From the NCBI GenBank assembly GCA_965200955.1, contig OZ241742.1, positions 3,911,072 to 3,975,071 on the forward strand: DNA of 64,000 nucleotides, written 5' to 3'. The stretch's first letter is position 1. Each line of letters begins with the position of its first letter. The notes below the pieces were generated by a model that was not told the DNA's origin, searched no databases, and worked only from the letters and a program-made list of their open reading frames with translations. Positions 1 to 9,048 of this stretch are shown here, in pieces. The DNA is from Rhodothermales bacterium (lineage in GTDB: Bacteria; Bacteroidota; Rhodothermia; Rhodothermales; Bin80). Position numbers and translations under genes: made by a program.

Positions 1-207
1 ATTATTTATGACTCAAAATACGGTGAACTCCTTGGATGCCATATCATAGGACATGATGCAACCGAACTGATTGCTGAGATCGTCACTGCTCGTACTTTGG
101 AAACTACGTTTCACGAAATTCTTGAGGCCGTCCATCCGCATCCAACCCTTTCGGAGGCTGTCATGGAAGCGACCCGCGATGCTCTGGGACAATCCATTAA
201 CACATAG
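1..207 (+). CDS. lpdA: dihydrolipoyl dehydrogenase (E3), C-terminal 68 codons; 5' part lies outside the window
   Basis: Frame +1 is open from base 1 to TAG 205-207 and reads ...GCHIIGHDATELIAEIVTARTLETTFHEILEAVHPHPTLSEAVMEATRDALGQ. This is the interface-domain HxHPTLSE signature of E3/pyridine-nucleotide disulfide oxidoreductases. Confidence 0.85.
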   Translation: MIYDSKYGELLGCHIIGHDATELIAEIVTARTLETTFHEILEAVHPHPTLSEAVMEATRDALGQSINT

Positions 208-1235
208 AAATATGATCTTTGGGGTGGGGTATCACAAGTGATGCTGGATGCATCATTCTGAATCTTTCATCCGATTTTAAAATTTCTATGTAGGGACTTC
301 TTTCTGACCATACTCAACTTCTTGGTCTCTATCAAGTTGTCATCACTCTGTGACTTCACATCTAACTGTATCCAATATTCTGCCAACCACCTATTCCAAA
401 ACCAATATTCAAAATTACCTATCGGACAGGGTGCATCCATAACGATGATGCTTATTTCACCATGTGCCACCCAATATCTCTGATCTTCTCATTGTGTGGA
501 TCTGAATCACTTCTCTATGTTGCTGTTTACCCAGCTGACATGCGTTCAATCGCCCCATGGATCAGATTGTACAACAATGTGTAGGATTTTGTATCTATGG
601 GAAATTTAGCCCTTATCAAGGATTAAATCGGTTGTTACTGTTTTTGACGCATGTCTTTCATCTATTCATTTCTGTCTAGTGGCTTGACATCACACATGGA
701 AAGTATTTCTCCTGATTCCGTGATGTACGGTCCAGTTGATTCCAGATCGGAATCCATTCATTCTGATCTACTTTCTCATAACGGTGATGAGCATTTACCC
801 CATTTTTGTAGATGATCTCCCCCTTTATCGGAACCTGAACACCGATTTGGTTCATCCTAAAGATTCACGAAAGATGTTGGAGGGAAACGCGGATCTCTCA
901 TCTCCCTTGGACATATTCCACATAGATGCCTCCCTTTAACTGCAGCCTCCCATGTCGCTACAGTGCCTGACTCACCGAACCATTCACTCTACATTATTGA
1001 AGATCTTCTCGCGTTCCATGCACATAGCGTCACACCTTCTGAAGCGATGTCAGGATCTACAATGAAAGCTTCCTACCATCTCACCGTTACGGGAGATCGT
1101 ATTGCAAAGAGAACGGGAACACACTCGGTAGCGAAGGATCATATCAACAGTGCCAAAGTCACACCGCACCCTCCATTGCTTACCATCCACACTGTCGGCA
1201 CAGGAAACCCATCCAGATTCAATCATGCACCCATA

Positions 1236-3606
1236 TCTACGGTAGCTCCCCCACCTGATGCACCGACGAATCTCCAAACAACCGTGGCTGGACTAACTAG
1301 CGTAAACATAAGTTGGACTGCCCCTGTGAATAATGGCGGTAAGGCAATTACTGGCTACCGAATTGAATGGGGCCGGGGCCAGAGTCCATTCGGACCTTAT
1401 TCAAACAATACAGGATCTACCGCTACAACCGCAACCATGACACAGATGAGTACTAATGTCCTATACCACTTCGGGTTATGGCAATCAATGAGGATGGCAC
1501 AGGTCCAGCATCTAACGTTATCACGGCCACCGCTCTGGTCTTGCCCCCCGGTGCCCCAACAGGACTCACTGCAAGCCCCGATGGAAAAACCGGCATTGAC
1601 CTCAAATGGACAGCCCCAACACAAACGGGCTTCGCCGCCATTACCGGTTACAAAATTGAAGTCTCCAATGATGGCACCGCCAATAGTTGGACAGATCTTG
1701 TGGCCAATACGGGCTCTTCAACCACAACTTACTCCCATACTACTGGACTCATTGTGGGCGACACTCGTCACTACCGTGTGAGTGCCATCAACTCCGCTGG
1801 ACCGGGCACGGCATCTGCATCTGCAAGTGCAACGGTGAAACAATTGTCTCCTCCAGGTCGCCCAACAAACATGGCTATCAATGAACCAGACTATCACAAT
1901 ATATACATACATTGGTTAGAGACAAGCAGTGACGGAGGTACACCCATTACTGGATACCACATTGAGATTTCTACCGACGATGGAACCACTTTTTCTGATC
2001 TGGTTCCCAATACCAGCTCTACATCGACAACCTATGCCCACACTTGACTCAGTGCGGGAACCACCCGCCACTACCGGGTGCGTGCCATCAACGCTGTAAA
2101 TTCTGGACCACCTTCCAATGTGGCCAATGCAACGACGGACGCATCAGTAGCGACCGCACCGGATGCATCCACAGCCTTGACGGCCACTGCATCAGGGCGA
2201 ACTACTATCAATCTTTCCTAGACAGCCCTTCGGACAACGGGGGAGCATCCATCACGGAGTATCAGATTGAAGTGTCACCCGATGGGACTTCGGGCTGGTC
2301 CGATCTGGTGCCGAACACTGGATTTACGACCACCACCTATGCTCATACGGGGCTGGATCCGTCCTCCACGCGCTCCTACACAATTCGTGCAATCAATTCG
2401 GCTGGAACCAGTGATGCATCCAATACAGCCAGTGCAACCACTGAGGCGGCATCCGTGCCTGATGCGCCCACAGCGTTGACGGCAACCCCTTCCGAAAACA
2501 ACTCCGTCATTCTTTCGTGGACGGCTCCTGCCGATGACGGGGGATCTCCCATCACGGGATATCAAATTGACCGATCGCCCGATGGGGTTGCCGACTGGGA
2601 GAATCTCATTGCTAATACGGGTTCGACATTGACCACCTATACCCTGACCAATCTCGCACCCGACTCCCCGCACTATTTTCGAGTGACGGCTATCAATTCC
2701 CTTGGAGACAGTGCACCATCCGATGCTGTAGAACCATCTGCATCGAATCCACTGTCGCTGGGCACCTCCGTGGATGATCAGTTCTATCCCATTGGAATGT
2801 CCATCACGGATCTCGTTCTGCCAGAGGCACTTGGCGGGATCATGCCCTATACCTACGCACTGACTCCAGACCTGCCTGAGGGACTGACCCTGAATCTCAC
2901 GACACGTATCATCAGTGGCACCCCTTCAAAAACCACGATGCAGACCACCTACACATGGGAAGTCAAAGATGCGGATGGGAATACCGCCGATCAGGAGTTT
3001 GGCATGGAAATCTACGACATGTCCTTTACCCAGACGGTGACCAATCAGTCCTACCCAAGAGCACAGCCGATTCCTGCGTTGGTGTTGCCCGAAGCAACGG
3101 GTGGCAAAGATCCGATTCAGTACTCTCTGACTCTACTTACACTGCCTTCGGGACTCAGCTACAGTGCATCTACCCGAACCGTGAGTGGAACACCAACGGT
3201 CGTCACCATGCCGACCCCGATGACCTATAAAGCAGTCGATGCCTTTGGAGCACAGGATAGCTTGACCTTTACGATAGAGGTGGTATCTCACGTTCATTCT
3301 GAAGCGGAAACGGGGCTTCCCCAGCACTTTATGGTGCAGTCCAACTATCCGAATCCTTTCGTGCATGCAACGAATCTTGTCTTTGACCTTCCATGGTCGG
3401 CCGAAGTGGAGGTGCAGATACTGGATGTCACGGGACGATAAGTCTACACGAAGCCTCCGATCCGTATCACTGCGGGATGGAACCACGAACTGAAGTTGGA
3501 TCGCTTGAACCTGCCCTCGGGGGCCTATCTCTATCGTCTCATTGCAACCTCTCTGGATAACGGGCTAACGTCCGTGCATGTCGGTCGCTTTATGCGTGTA
3601 CAATGA
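1236..3606 (+). pseudogene. decayed paralog of the Fn3-repeat / cadherin-like (He_PIG) / T9SS-sorted adhesins at 37255-41541 and 49235-52537
   Basis: Fn3 modules (..LTSVNISWTAPVNNGGKAITGYRIEW.., ..IDLKWTAPTQTG.., ..ILSWTAPADDGGSPITGYQIDRS..) are followed by 2-3 'LPEALGG..PYTYALTPDLPEGL' modules and a T9SS tail (NYPNPFVHATNLVFDLPW...GAYLYRLIA...RFMRVQ*). They are spread over three frames. Lesions: frameshift near 1471; in-frame TGA 2045-2047 where paralogs have Gly (HTGL); TAG 2219-2221 where Trp is expected (INLSW) plus a 1-nt loss in CCC 2225-2227; in-frame TAA 3439-3441 inside the T9SS tail. No signal peptide is recognisable upstream. Confidence 0.85.
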
Positions 3607-3745
3607 GATCATAAATGACGATAGCTAATTAGATTAGTGCTGACTTCTGCACCGCCTAATGTTTTTCTCTGATTTGATGTAATACGGGAACATCTTGTCA
3701 ATACATATATTCAAGTACATTTCGTACGAGAAATTTCTTGATTTT

Positions 3746-4204
3746 ATGGCTTCAGTATTAGATGTGGCTGCCTATATTCTTCAAAAGAAAGGAAGAGTCA
3801 CCACATGGAAACTTCAAAAACTGGTTTACTATTGCCAAGCGTGGTCGCTTGTCTGGGATGACCAACCTCTTTTTGACGAAGAAATCCAAGCATGGATCAA
3901 TGGTCCTGTTTGTCCTGCTTTGTACGAAAAACACAAGGGTAGTTACCATGTGACCCAAATTTCTGGTGGCAACCCAGAGAATTTGAACTCTACACAAAAA
4001 GAGACGATTGAGGCTGTTCTTGACTTTTATGGTGACAAATCATCTCACTGGCTGAGTAGTCTTACACATATGGAAGGACCTTGGAAAAAAGCTAGGAAAG
4101 GACTGTCACCAAGAGTTCGCGGAAAATGTGTGATTACCTTGGAATCAATGGTTGAGTATTACGAGGGTATTGCCCAGAGATCCGAGTTTAGTCTTGATGG
4201 CTAA
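3746..4204 (+). CDS. SocA/Panacea (DUF4065)-type antitoxin-like protein
   Basis: MASVLDVAAYILQKKGRVTTWKLQKLVYYCQAWSLVWDDQPLFDEEIQAWINGPVCPALYEKHKG matches the DUF4065/GepA/SocA pattern (KLqKLlYyaqgw...feAW..GPV.p.vY). The likely ATG is 3746, inside the tracked ORF 3695-4204. Its stop overlaps the start of the next gene (ATGGCTAA, 4197-4204). Confidence 0.75.
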   Translation: MASVLDVAAYILQKKGRVTTWKLQKLVYYCQAWSLVWDDQPLFDEEIQAWINGPVCPALYEKHKGSYHVTQISGGNPENLNSTQKETIEAVLDFYGDKSSHWLSSLTHMEGPWKKARKGLSPRVRGKCVITLESMVEYYEGIAQRSEFSLDG

Positions 4205-4656
4205 AAACCCTATTACCCGTGGGTATCCACATATTGAAAAAAGTGTCTATCCACGTATAACCGACTCAGATCTCAGGTCAAGTAGAGATATGTTTCACTG
4301 GTCTCTGATGCTTGCAGATTATGGAGGAAAATGGGGATTTAACACGAAGTTGTTTAGGGATAAGTGGTGTATTAATATCCTTCCTAAGCTTTTGGACTTT
4401 GAAAAATTGACATGGGGGCAACTTGCCACTCAACATAAAGGAAGAGGGTCTGGCACAAAGCATCATCATGTACTCGTTTCAGATCTTGTCAAAGATGCAC
4501 GGAAACGTTAAAAAAAGACCTTCGATATGAAGATATAGATGAACTTTTTTCACTCCGATTGACTGAAAAGTCAGAATGTATGGAATTGTGATTGAGCAAC
4601 AACTGAATCTTCTCTGGTATGATCCTAATCATGAAATTTTCCCAGTTAGAAGATAA
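4197..4656 (+). pseudogene. toxin-position partner of the Panacea-type antitoxin, disrupted by two -1 frameshifts
   Basis: The reading frame can be followed through three frames: MAKNPITRGYPHIEK...GSGTKHHHVLVSDLVKDARKR (frame of 4197), then KKDLRYEDIDELFSLRLTEKS (shift at the A7 run 4510-4516), then RMYGIVIEQQLNLLWYDPNHEIFPVRR* (shift near 4570, stop 4654-4656). I do not recognise the family. Confidence 0.55.
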
Positions 4657-5786
4657 CTCTTATGGCATCCTATCACCGAAATCAAGCCACAAATACTGCA
4701 TAAGACAGACAGTGGTGATAATCCTGTTTGATATGTAGGTTTTTTCAACAAAGGTTTACCATTGCTCCAATATCTGCATACTGGATTTCAATTAACTGTT
4801 GATGACCTAATAATAGTCCTGTGGAAATTTTCCAAAATCGTTGGATATCCTCCTCATCATTAGTGATACACTGTTCCAAAGGTTTATTGCTGATATATCT
4901 TCAAATGCGGTGACAATGATTGAATATTCGTAGAGAACTCTGGAAAAGATCACGCAACAACCGTGACTATTCAGATGATAACCTCCACTCCTTCTGATCG
5001 TGAATGAACTGAGTGAGTTACAGAATGAAATCTACTGATGTCAGGAATCATCCGAGCATTCTTTTTGTTGATTCAATTCAGACCATCGGATATGCTACCA
5101 ACACCATGGAATACATACGTTTGTTGAGTAGCTGTTTTGCCCATCACCCTTCAAAACAATATCAAACAAGTCTCGTCAATTTCGTGATCTCAGCAATGAC
5201 CATTTTTTGCCCAATATTTCCAATTCTTGATAATGCTGGAATGTCTTCGTTGTTGCAAAAAGATGGACTGCCCTTTTCAGTTTTCACGAGTCGAAATGAT
5301 CTGAAACATCAATAGGAACCTGAACTAATCTGTCTTCCAAATCCAACCTTCTAATTCCTTGATTCGCATGTAGCCATCTCATCTGTTTACTGAACCATTC
5401 TATACTGATTCTACAGCGGTTAATCGAAATTTCAGTAGATCATCAATCATGGTTGACGTTGATGCTATATCATCCTCAGTCTGTCTCCCAATTTATCCAT
5501 GAAACCTAACGATGGTTGTATAATTAAATATTATTGTCACTATTCTCATCACTTCGTGAGCCTTTTGAAAACCAATTGTCCAGCTTGAAACGCATCATAG
5601 GTTCTAGGGTATTATTACTACTTCAATGCGGAAGTATTGCACAAGCCTCACTAATCAGTGTCTTTAATTCTAATCAGTCAAACTTTAGATTCCATCCAAA
5701 ACACCTAAACTACCGAAAACATCAAGAGACAAGAAATCATAGAGAGTATCCTGAACTCGCCAGGAAAGTTCCATTCAGCGGAGCTG

Positions 5787-6296
5787 GTGAGCAAGGTGAC
5801 ACTTGAAGGATTTGACAAGCGTCGTCGTGAATACAAATATCTTGGATGGGTGTATGTTGCCCAGAATTCCTGTTTTGCGGACAAAGTCTTCAAGATTGGA
5901 CAAACCCAGACATCTCCATCGGAGCGAATGGATGTGCTCAGTGCATCAACATCCATATACAGAACATTTGATCTCGTCTACTTTATCCATGTCTCACAAC
6001 ATTTAGATGCCGAGAGATATGTGCATCAGAAGCTGCATGAATTCCGGCTAAACCCTAGAAAAGAGTTCTTTAATGCCCCACTGATGACCATCGTCAAGAC
6101 TCTTGATGAAGCAGGAAACTTATTTCCAATACCTCTTGGAAAAACTGGACATGCTGGAGTACTATCGCCTGCACTGGAGAAACAGATTGTTTCCTGTCCT
6201 CTATGCAAAAAGAGAAGCCGAGTCCCATTACTTGGTATTGAAATTACCGTCAATTGCAGTACCTGCCGTACTCCATTCAATATTGTATACGAATGA
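5787..6296 (+). CDS. T5orf172 / GIY-YIG-superfamily-like domain protein with C-terminal CxxC...CxxC zinc ribbon
   Basis: GWVYVAQNSCFADKVFKIGQTQTSPSERMDVL...FDLVYFIHVSQHLDAERYVHQKLHEFRLNPRKEFFNAPL fits the T5orf172 (MUG113-like) pattern. The C-terminus has CPLCKK...CSTC. A GTG start is implied, because there is no ATG near the 5' end. Confidence 0.55.
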   Translation: MSKVTLEGFDKRRREYKYLGWVYVAQNSCFADKVFKIGQTQTSPSERMDVLSASTSIYRTFDLVYFIHVSQHLDAERYVHQKLHEFRLNPRKEFFNAPLMTIVKTLDEAGNLFPIPLGKTGHAGVLSPALEKQIVSCPLCKKRSRVPLLGIEITVNCSTCRTPFNIVYE

Positions 6297-6910
6297 GTTC
6301 CTATTCACCTTAACATTTGGGCATTTATCTACCAATTCGGTGTGAGCATCAACCCAAAGGATCATTAGTATCTCCTCAAAATTGACCAGCCACCATTTCT
6401 CATCCTCAGCCAGTCTCCCCCCTATATAGCTTGCATGGATATCTTAGAATTTGATGAACGGCTTCGGACATTTCCAAGATCTTACCACTTTTGATTGATT
6501 TTATCAGCTAGTGCAGTTACGGCATAACTTTATGCATTGATATAAGCAGAATGAAAATATTCAGAAAACTGGTCTGTGAATGGATTTTTTTTGTCCTTGT
6601 GGATCAATATTCTCCAGAGGTTCAAAATCATATACGCGAACGACATCTGTATCAACGACCCCATTACACATCTCTTCATGGATTCAGCAAAAATTTACAT
6701 CGTACATACCGCCGAAAAACGCTCTGTCATACCCATTTATTCGCCCAAAATAAACATCTATCAAGGATACGTGTTTGTTTGAGATTAATGTTGTAAAAAG
6801 TCATGTTCTTTTCTGCTGATTGGTTGTTGTCAATCATACACAAACCTTCAGATCAATCAGTAGATCTCAACAACTCAATGATGACTGTTGAGATTTAGCA
6901 AGTTTCATTG

Positions 6911-8482
6911 ATGGACACTACCATTGTTACTTTATCATTCAGACTTTTCTGGTTACTGATCATTACTGTGCCATTGGCAATCCCTGCGTTCGCACAACAA
7001 GGCGGGAACCGTTTGTTACCAACCAATGATTCAGCATACGAGTACATCCTGCGACTTCAGCGTCGTGGGTATTTGCTTGACCTGAATCCCACTGCCCTGC
7101 CGTATCAATGGGGAGAAATCACCAACGCCTTACATCAAGTGGATACGACTCGGCTGAGTAGCTCAGAAAGACACTGGATGGATCTACTTCAATCAAGATT
7201 CCAGTCTCAAGAATCTACCGATGAAGATGTTCATGTTGGTTATTCCATGATGGGAGCAGTGGATCTGCTCAACAGTGAACGCATGGATATGGTACGACCC
7301 ATTGGCAATGACCTGAATGTGTATTGGCATGCATCACTGGCTTCTGCCTATCTAGAGGCTGGACCTGCCGTTGCTGAACTTTCCGTTACCCACAGCAATT
7401 TTTATAATCAGGATCCCGATGGGATTGATTCTGCTCTACGACTGCTCGCCAGAAGTGAACATTCCTATGTGGGGTTTAACCAAAAATGGATTTCTGCTTA
7501 CATAGGGCGATGGAATCTTCACTGGGGATCCAGTGGACAGGGATCAACCATCTTGAGTGATAACGCCAGAAGCCGAGACCAGATTTTCCTGCGATTGGGA
7601 GGCCGTCGTGCATCGGTGACAGCCATCCTCAGTGAGCTTGATAGTGCAACCGATGGTCGCTATTATACTGGCAGGGCCGCCGATGATTCTGTGAAATTTG
7701 AAAGCACCAGAAGATTTCATGCGGCTCACAGGTGGGATTTTCGCCCAAGTAGAAAGTTTATGATCAGCTTTATGGAATCTGCCATTTACTCTGGTCCCTC
7801 CAGTTCCATCTCACTCAAATATTTTAATCCAGTAAATCCTTTTCTCTTTGTTGTTGATAATGTGCCGAAAAACGATGACAACAACGGTTTTTTAGCTGGA
7901 TTACTATGGGCACAACTGAACCGATGGACCATCCAAGGACAACTTATGGTCGATGATCTTCGTATTCAGTCTAATACAGGACCCGAAACCATCACATTCG
8001 CATTGACGGGCTCTGCAGTCTATGCCTTACCCAGTGCAGATATCAAGTTCACCTTCGAAACCGTGTCTTCTCGAGCATATAACGCACCTCAGACGGAGGG
8101 ACAATATATTTTCCTCAACCGAGGCATTGCCACGCAATTCAGTGATTATGTCCACTCATCACTGTCGGCAGAGTTTTATCTTGATCACCGCGTTCCCGGT
8201 TTACGTATGCTACCCAAGATTGACCTACTCTACCAAGGTGAGAGAGACATGCGTCAACCCTTTCCAGAGAGCTCCGAAGTCATTGAAAATCTTCTGGACG
8301 GTGAGGCCAACAGGACGATGAGGACATCCATGAGCATGATGTATCAACCCGTGCATTGGTGGTGGATTGGAGTTGATGCTGGCTACAATATCAACAGAGG
8401 CGAGAGCAATCAATTCATTGGGCTGGTCAGTGCTGGAATCAAGGTGAACTTTGACACATCCATTAACCTCTGGGATTGGTGA
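6911..8482 (+). CDS. outer-membrane beta-barrel protein, possibly Wzi (capsule assembly) family
   Basis: Signal peptide (LLIITVPLAIPAFAQQ). The N-terminal 'SAYEYILRLQRRGYLLDLNPTALPYQWGEI' resembles the Wzi helical N-terminus. The rest is a long Gly/aromatic-rich beta-barrel-like body. Confidence 0.5.
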   Translation: MDTTIVTLSFRLFWLLIITVPLAIPAFAQQGGNRLLPTNDSAYEYILRLQRRGYLLDLNPTALPYQWGEITNALHQVDTTRLSSSERHWMDLLQSRFQSQESTDEDVHVGYSMMGAVDLLNSERMDMVRPIGNDLNVYWHASLASAYLEAGPAVAELSVTHSNFYNQDPDGIDSALRLLARSEHSYVGFNQKWISAYIGRWNLHWGSSGQGSTILSDNARSRDQIFLRLGGRRASVTAILSELDSATDGRYYTGRAADDSVKFESTRRFHAAHRWDFRPSRKFMISFMESAIYSGPSSSISLKYFNPVNPFLFVVDNVPKNDDNNGFLAGLLWAQLNRWTIQGQLMVDDLRIQSNTGPETITFALTGSAVYALPSADIKFTFETVSSRAYNAPQTEGQYIFLNRGIATQFSDYVHSSLSAEFYLDHRVPGLRMLPKIDLLYQGERDMRQPFPESSEVIENLLDGEANRTMRTSMSMMYQPVHWWWIGVDAGYNINRGESNQFIGLVSAGIKVNFDTSINLWDW

Positions 8483-9048
8483 GAGGAATCTTATTCATCT
8501 TCATCCTAATGGTCTTTTCTCTGCCGAGCTTTGCCCAAGATCCATTCAGTGAATTAGGGCTTCGTCTTCATGCCACCCAAAATGTAAGACACAATTTATC
8601 TAAGGATCAATGGAATCTTGCAAGGGGAGTGAAATTGTCTCTGGGAACTCCATTTTATGTCGGTGAGTGGGATGTAACCATAGGAATTCATCGCTTTCAT
8701 TCATCTGGCAGGGTTCCCGGATTTGGTGCAATATGGATCAGTTCAGCTTGGCATCCTAAGATTTCAGTGTCTCCCAGAATTACCCTCAAACCTACCATTG
8801 GAATCGGTAACTATCGGATGTCATTTGACGATGCAGTTTCAAGTTTTTCGGGAGAAAGTAGTGAGAGTGATTTTGTTAGCAATCTAGGAGTGATGATCTC
8901 ATTTGATATCAGCCAACAATGGTTCCTCTTCTCGGAGGCAGAATATCTTCGCGTCCAAACCCAACCTCTCATGCATTTATGGTTTTGCTCGGTCGGCATA
9001 GGCTTTCGGTGGAAGGCATCGGAGTTTATAAAAACCATTCTTGATTAA
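8476..9048 (+). CDS. small secreted/outer-membrane beta-barrel-like protein
   Basis: Signal peptide MVRGILFIFILMVFSLPSFAQD with alternating hydrophobic strands. The TTG/GTG start overlaps the upstream stop (8480-8482). The stop overlaps the next ATG (TAATG 9046-9050). Confidence 0.45.
   Translation: MVRGILFIFILMVFSLPSFAQDPFSELGLRLHATQNVRHNLSKDQWNLARGVKLSLGTPFYVGEWDVTIGIHRFHSSGRVPGFGAIWISSAWHPKISVSPRITLKPTIGIGNYRMSFDDAVSSFSGESSESDFVSNLGVMISFDISQQWFLFSEAEYLRVQTQPLMHLWFCSVGIGFRWKASEFIKTILD

Noticed and set aside
267-470. 67-aa minus-strand ORF after lpdA, and stop-interrupted frames up to ~960 (for example ..GGIYVEYVQGR*..).
   Set aside because: There is no recognisable family, and the region has low coding potential. 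It is not reported as a feature.
2045-3441. In-frame TGA at a conserved Gly and TAG at a conserved Trp suggested stop-codon reassignment (for example, TGA=Gly genetic codes).
   Set aside because: All three stop codons occur in-frame in the same gene together with two frameshifts. All three are also used as genuine terminators of the intact housekeeping genes in the window. A decayed pseudogene is the simpler explanation.
4680-5340. A single minus-strand frame with protein-like stretches (..EWFSKQMRWLHANQGIRRLDLEDRLVQVPIDVSDHFDS*..).
   Set aside because: It contains at least eight stops of all three kinds and has no start codon or recognisable domain. At best it is a very old relic.
6561-6779. 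Minus-strand frame reading ..VSLIDVYFGRINGYDRAFFGGMYDVNFC*IHEEMCNGVVDTDVVRVYDFEPLENIDPQGQKK.., possibly a gene relic with one TGA.
   Set aside because: It is protein-like in composition, but I cannot assign a family, find a start, or exclude chance in AT-rich DNA.
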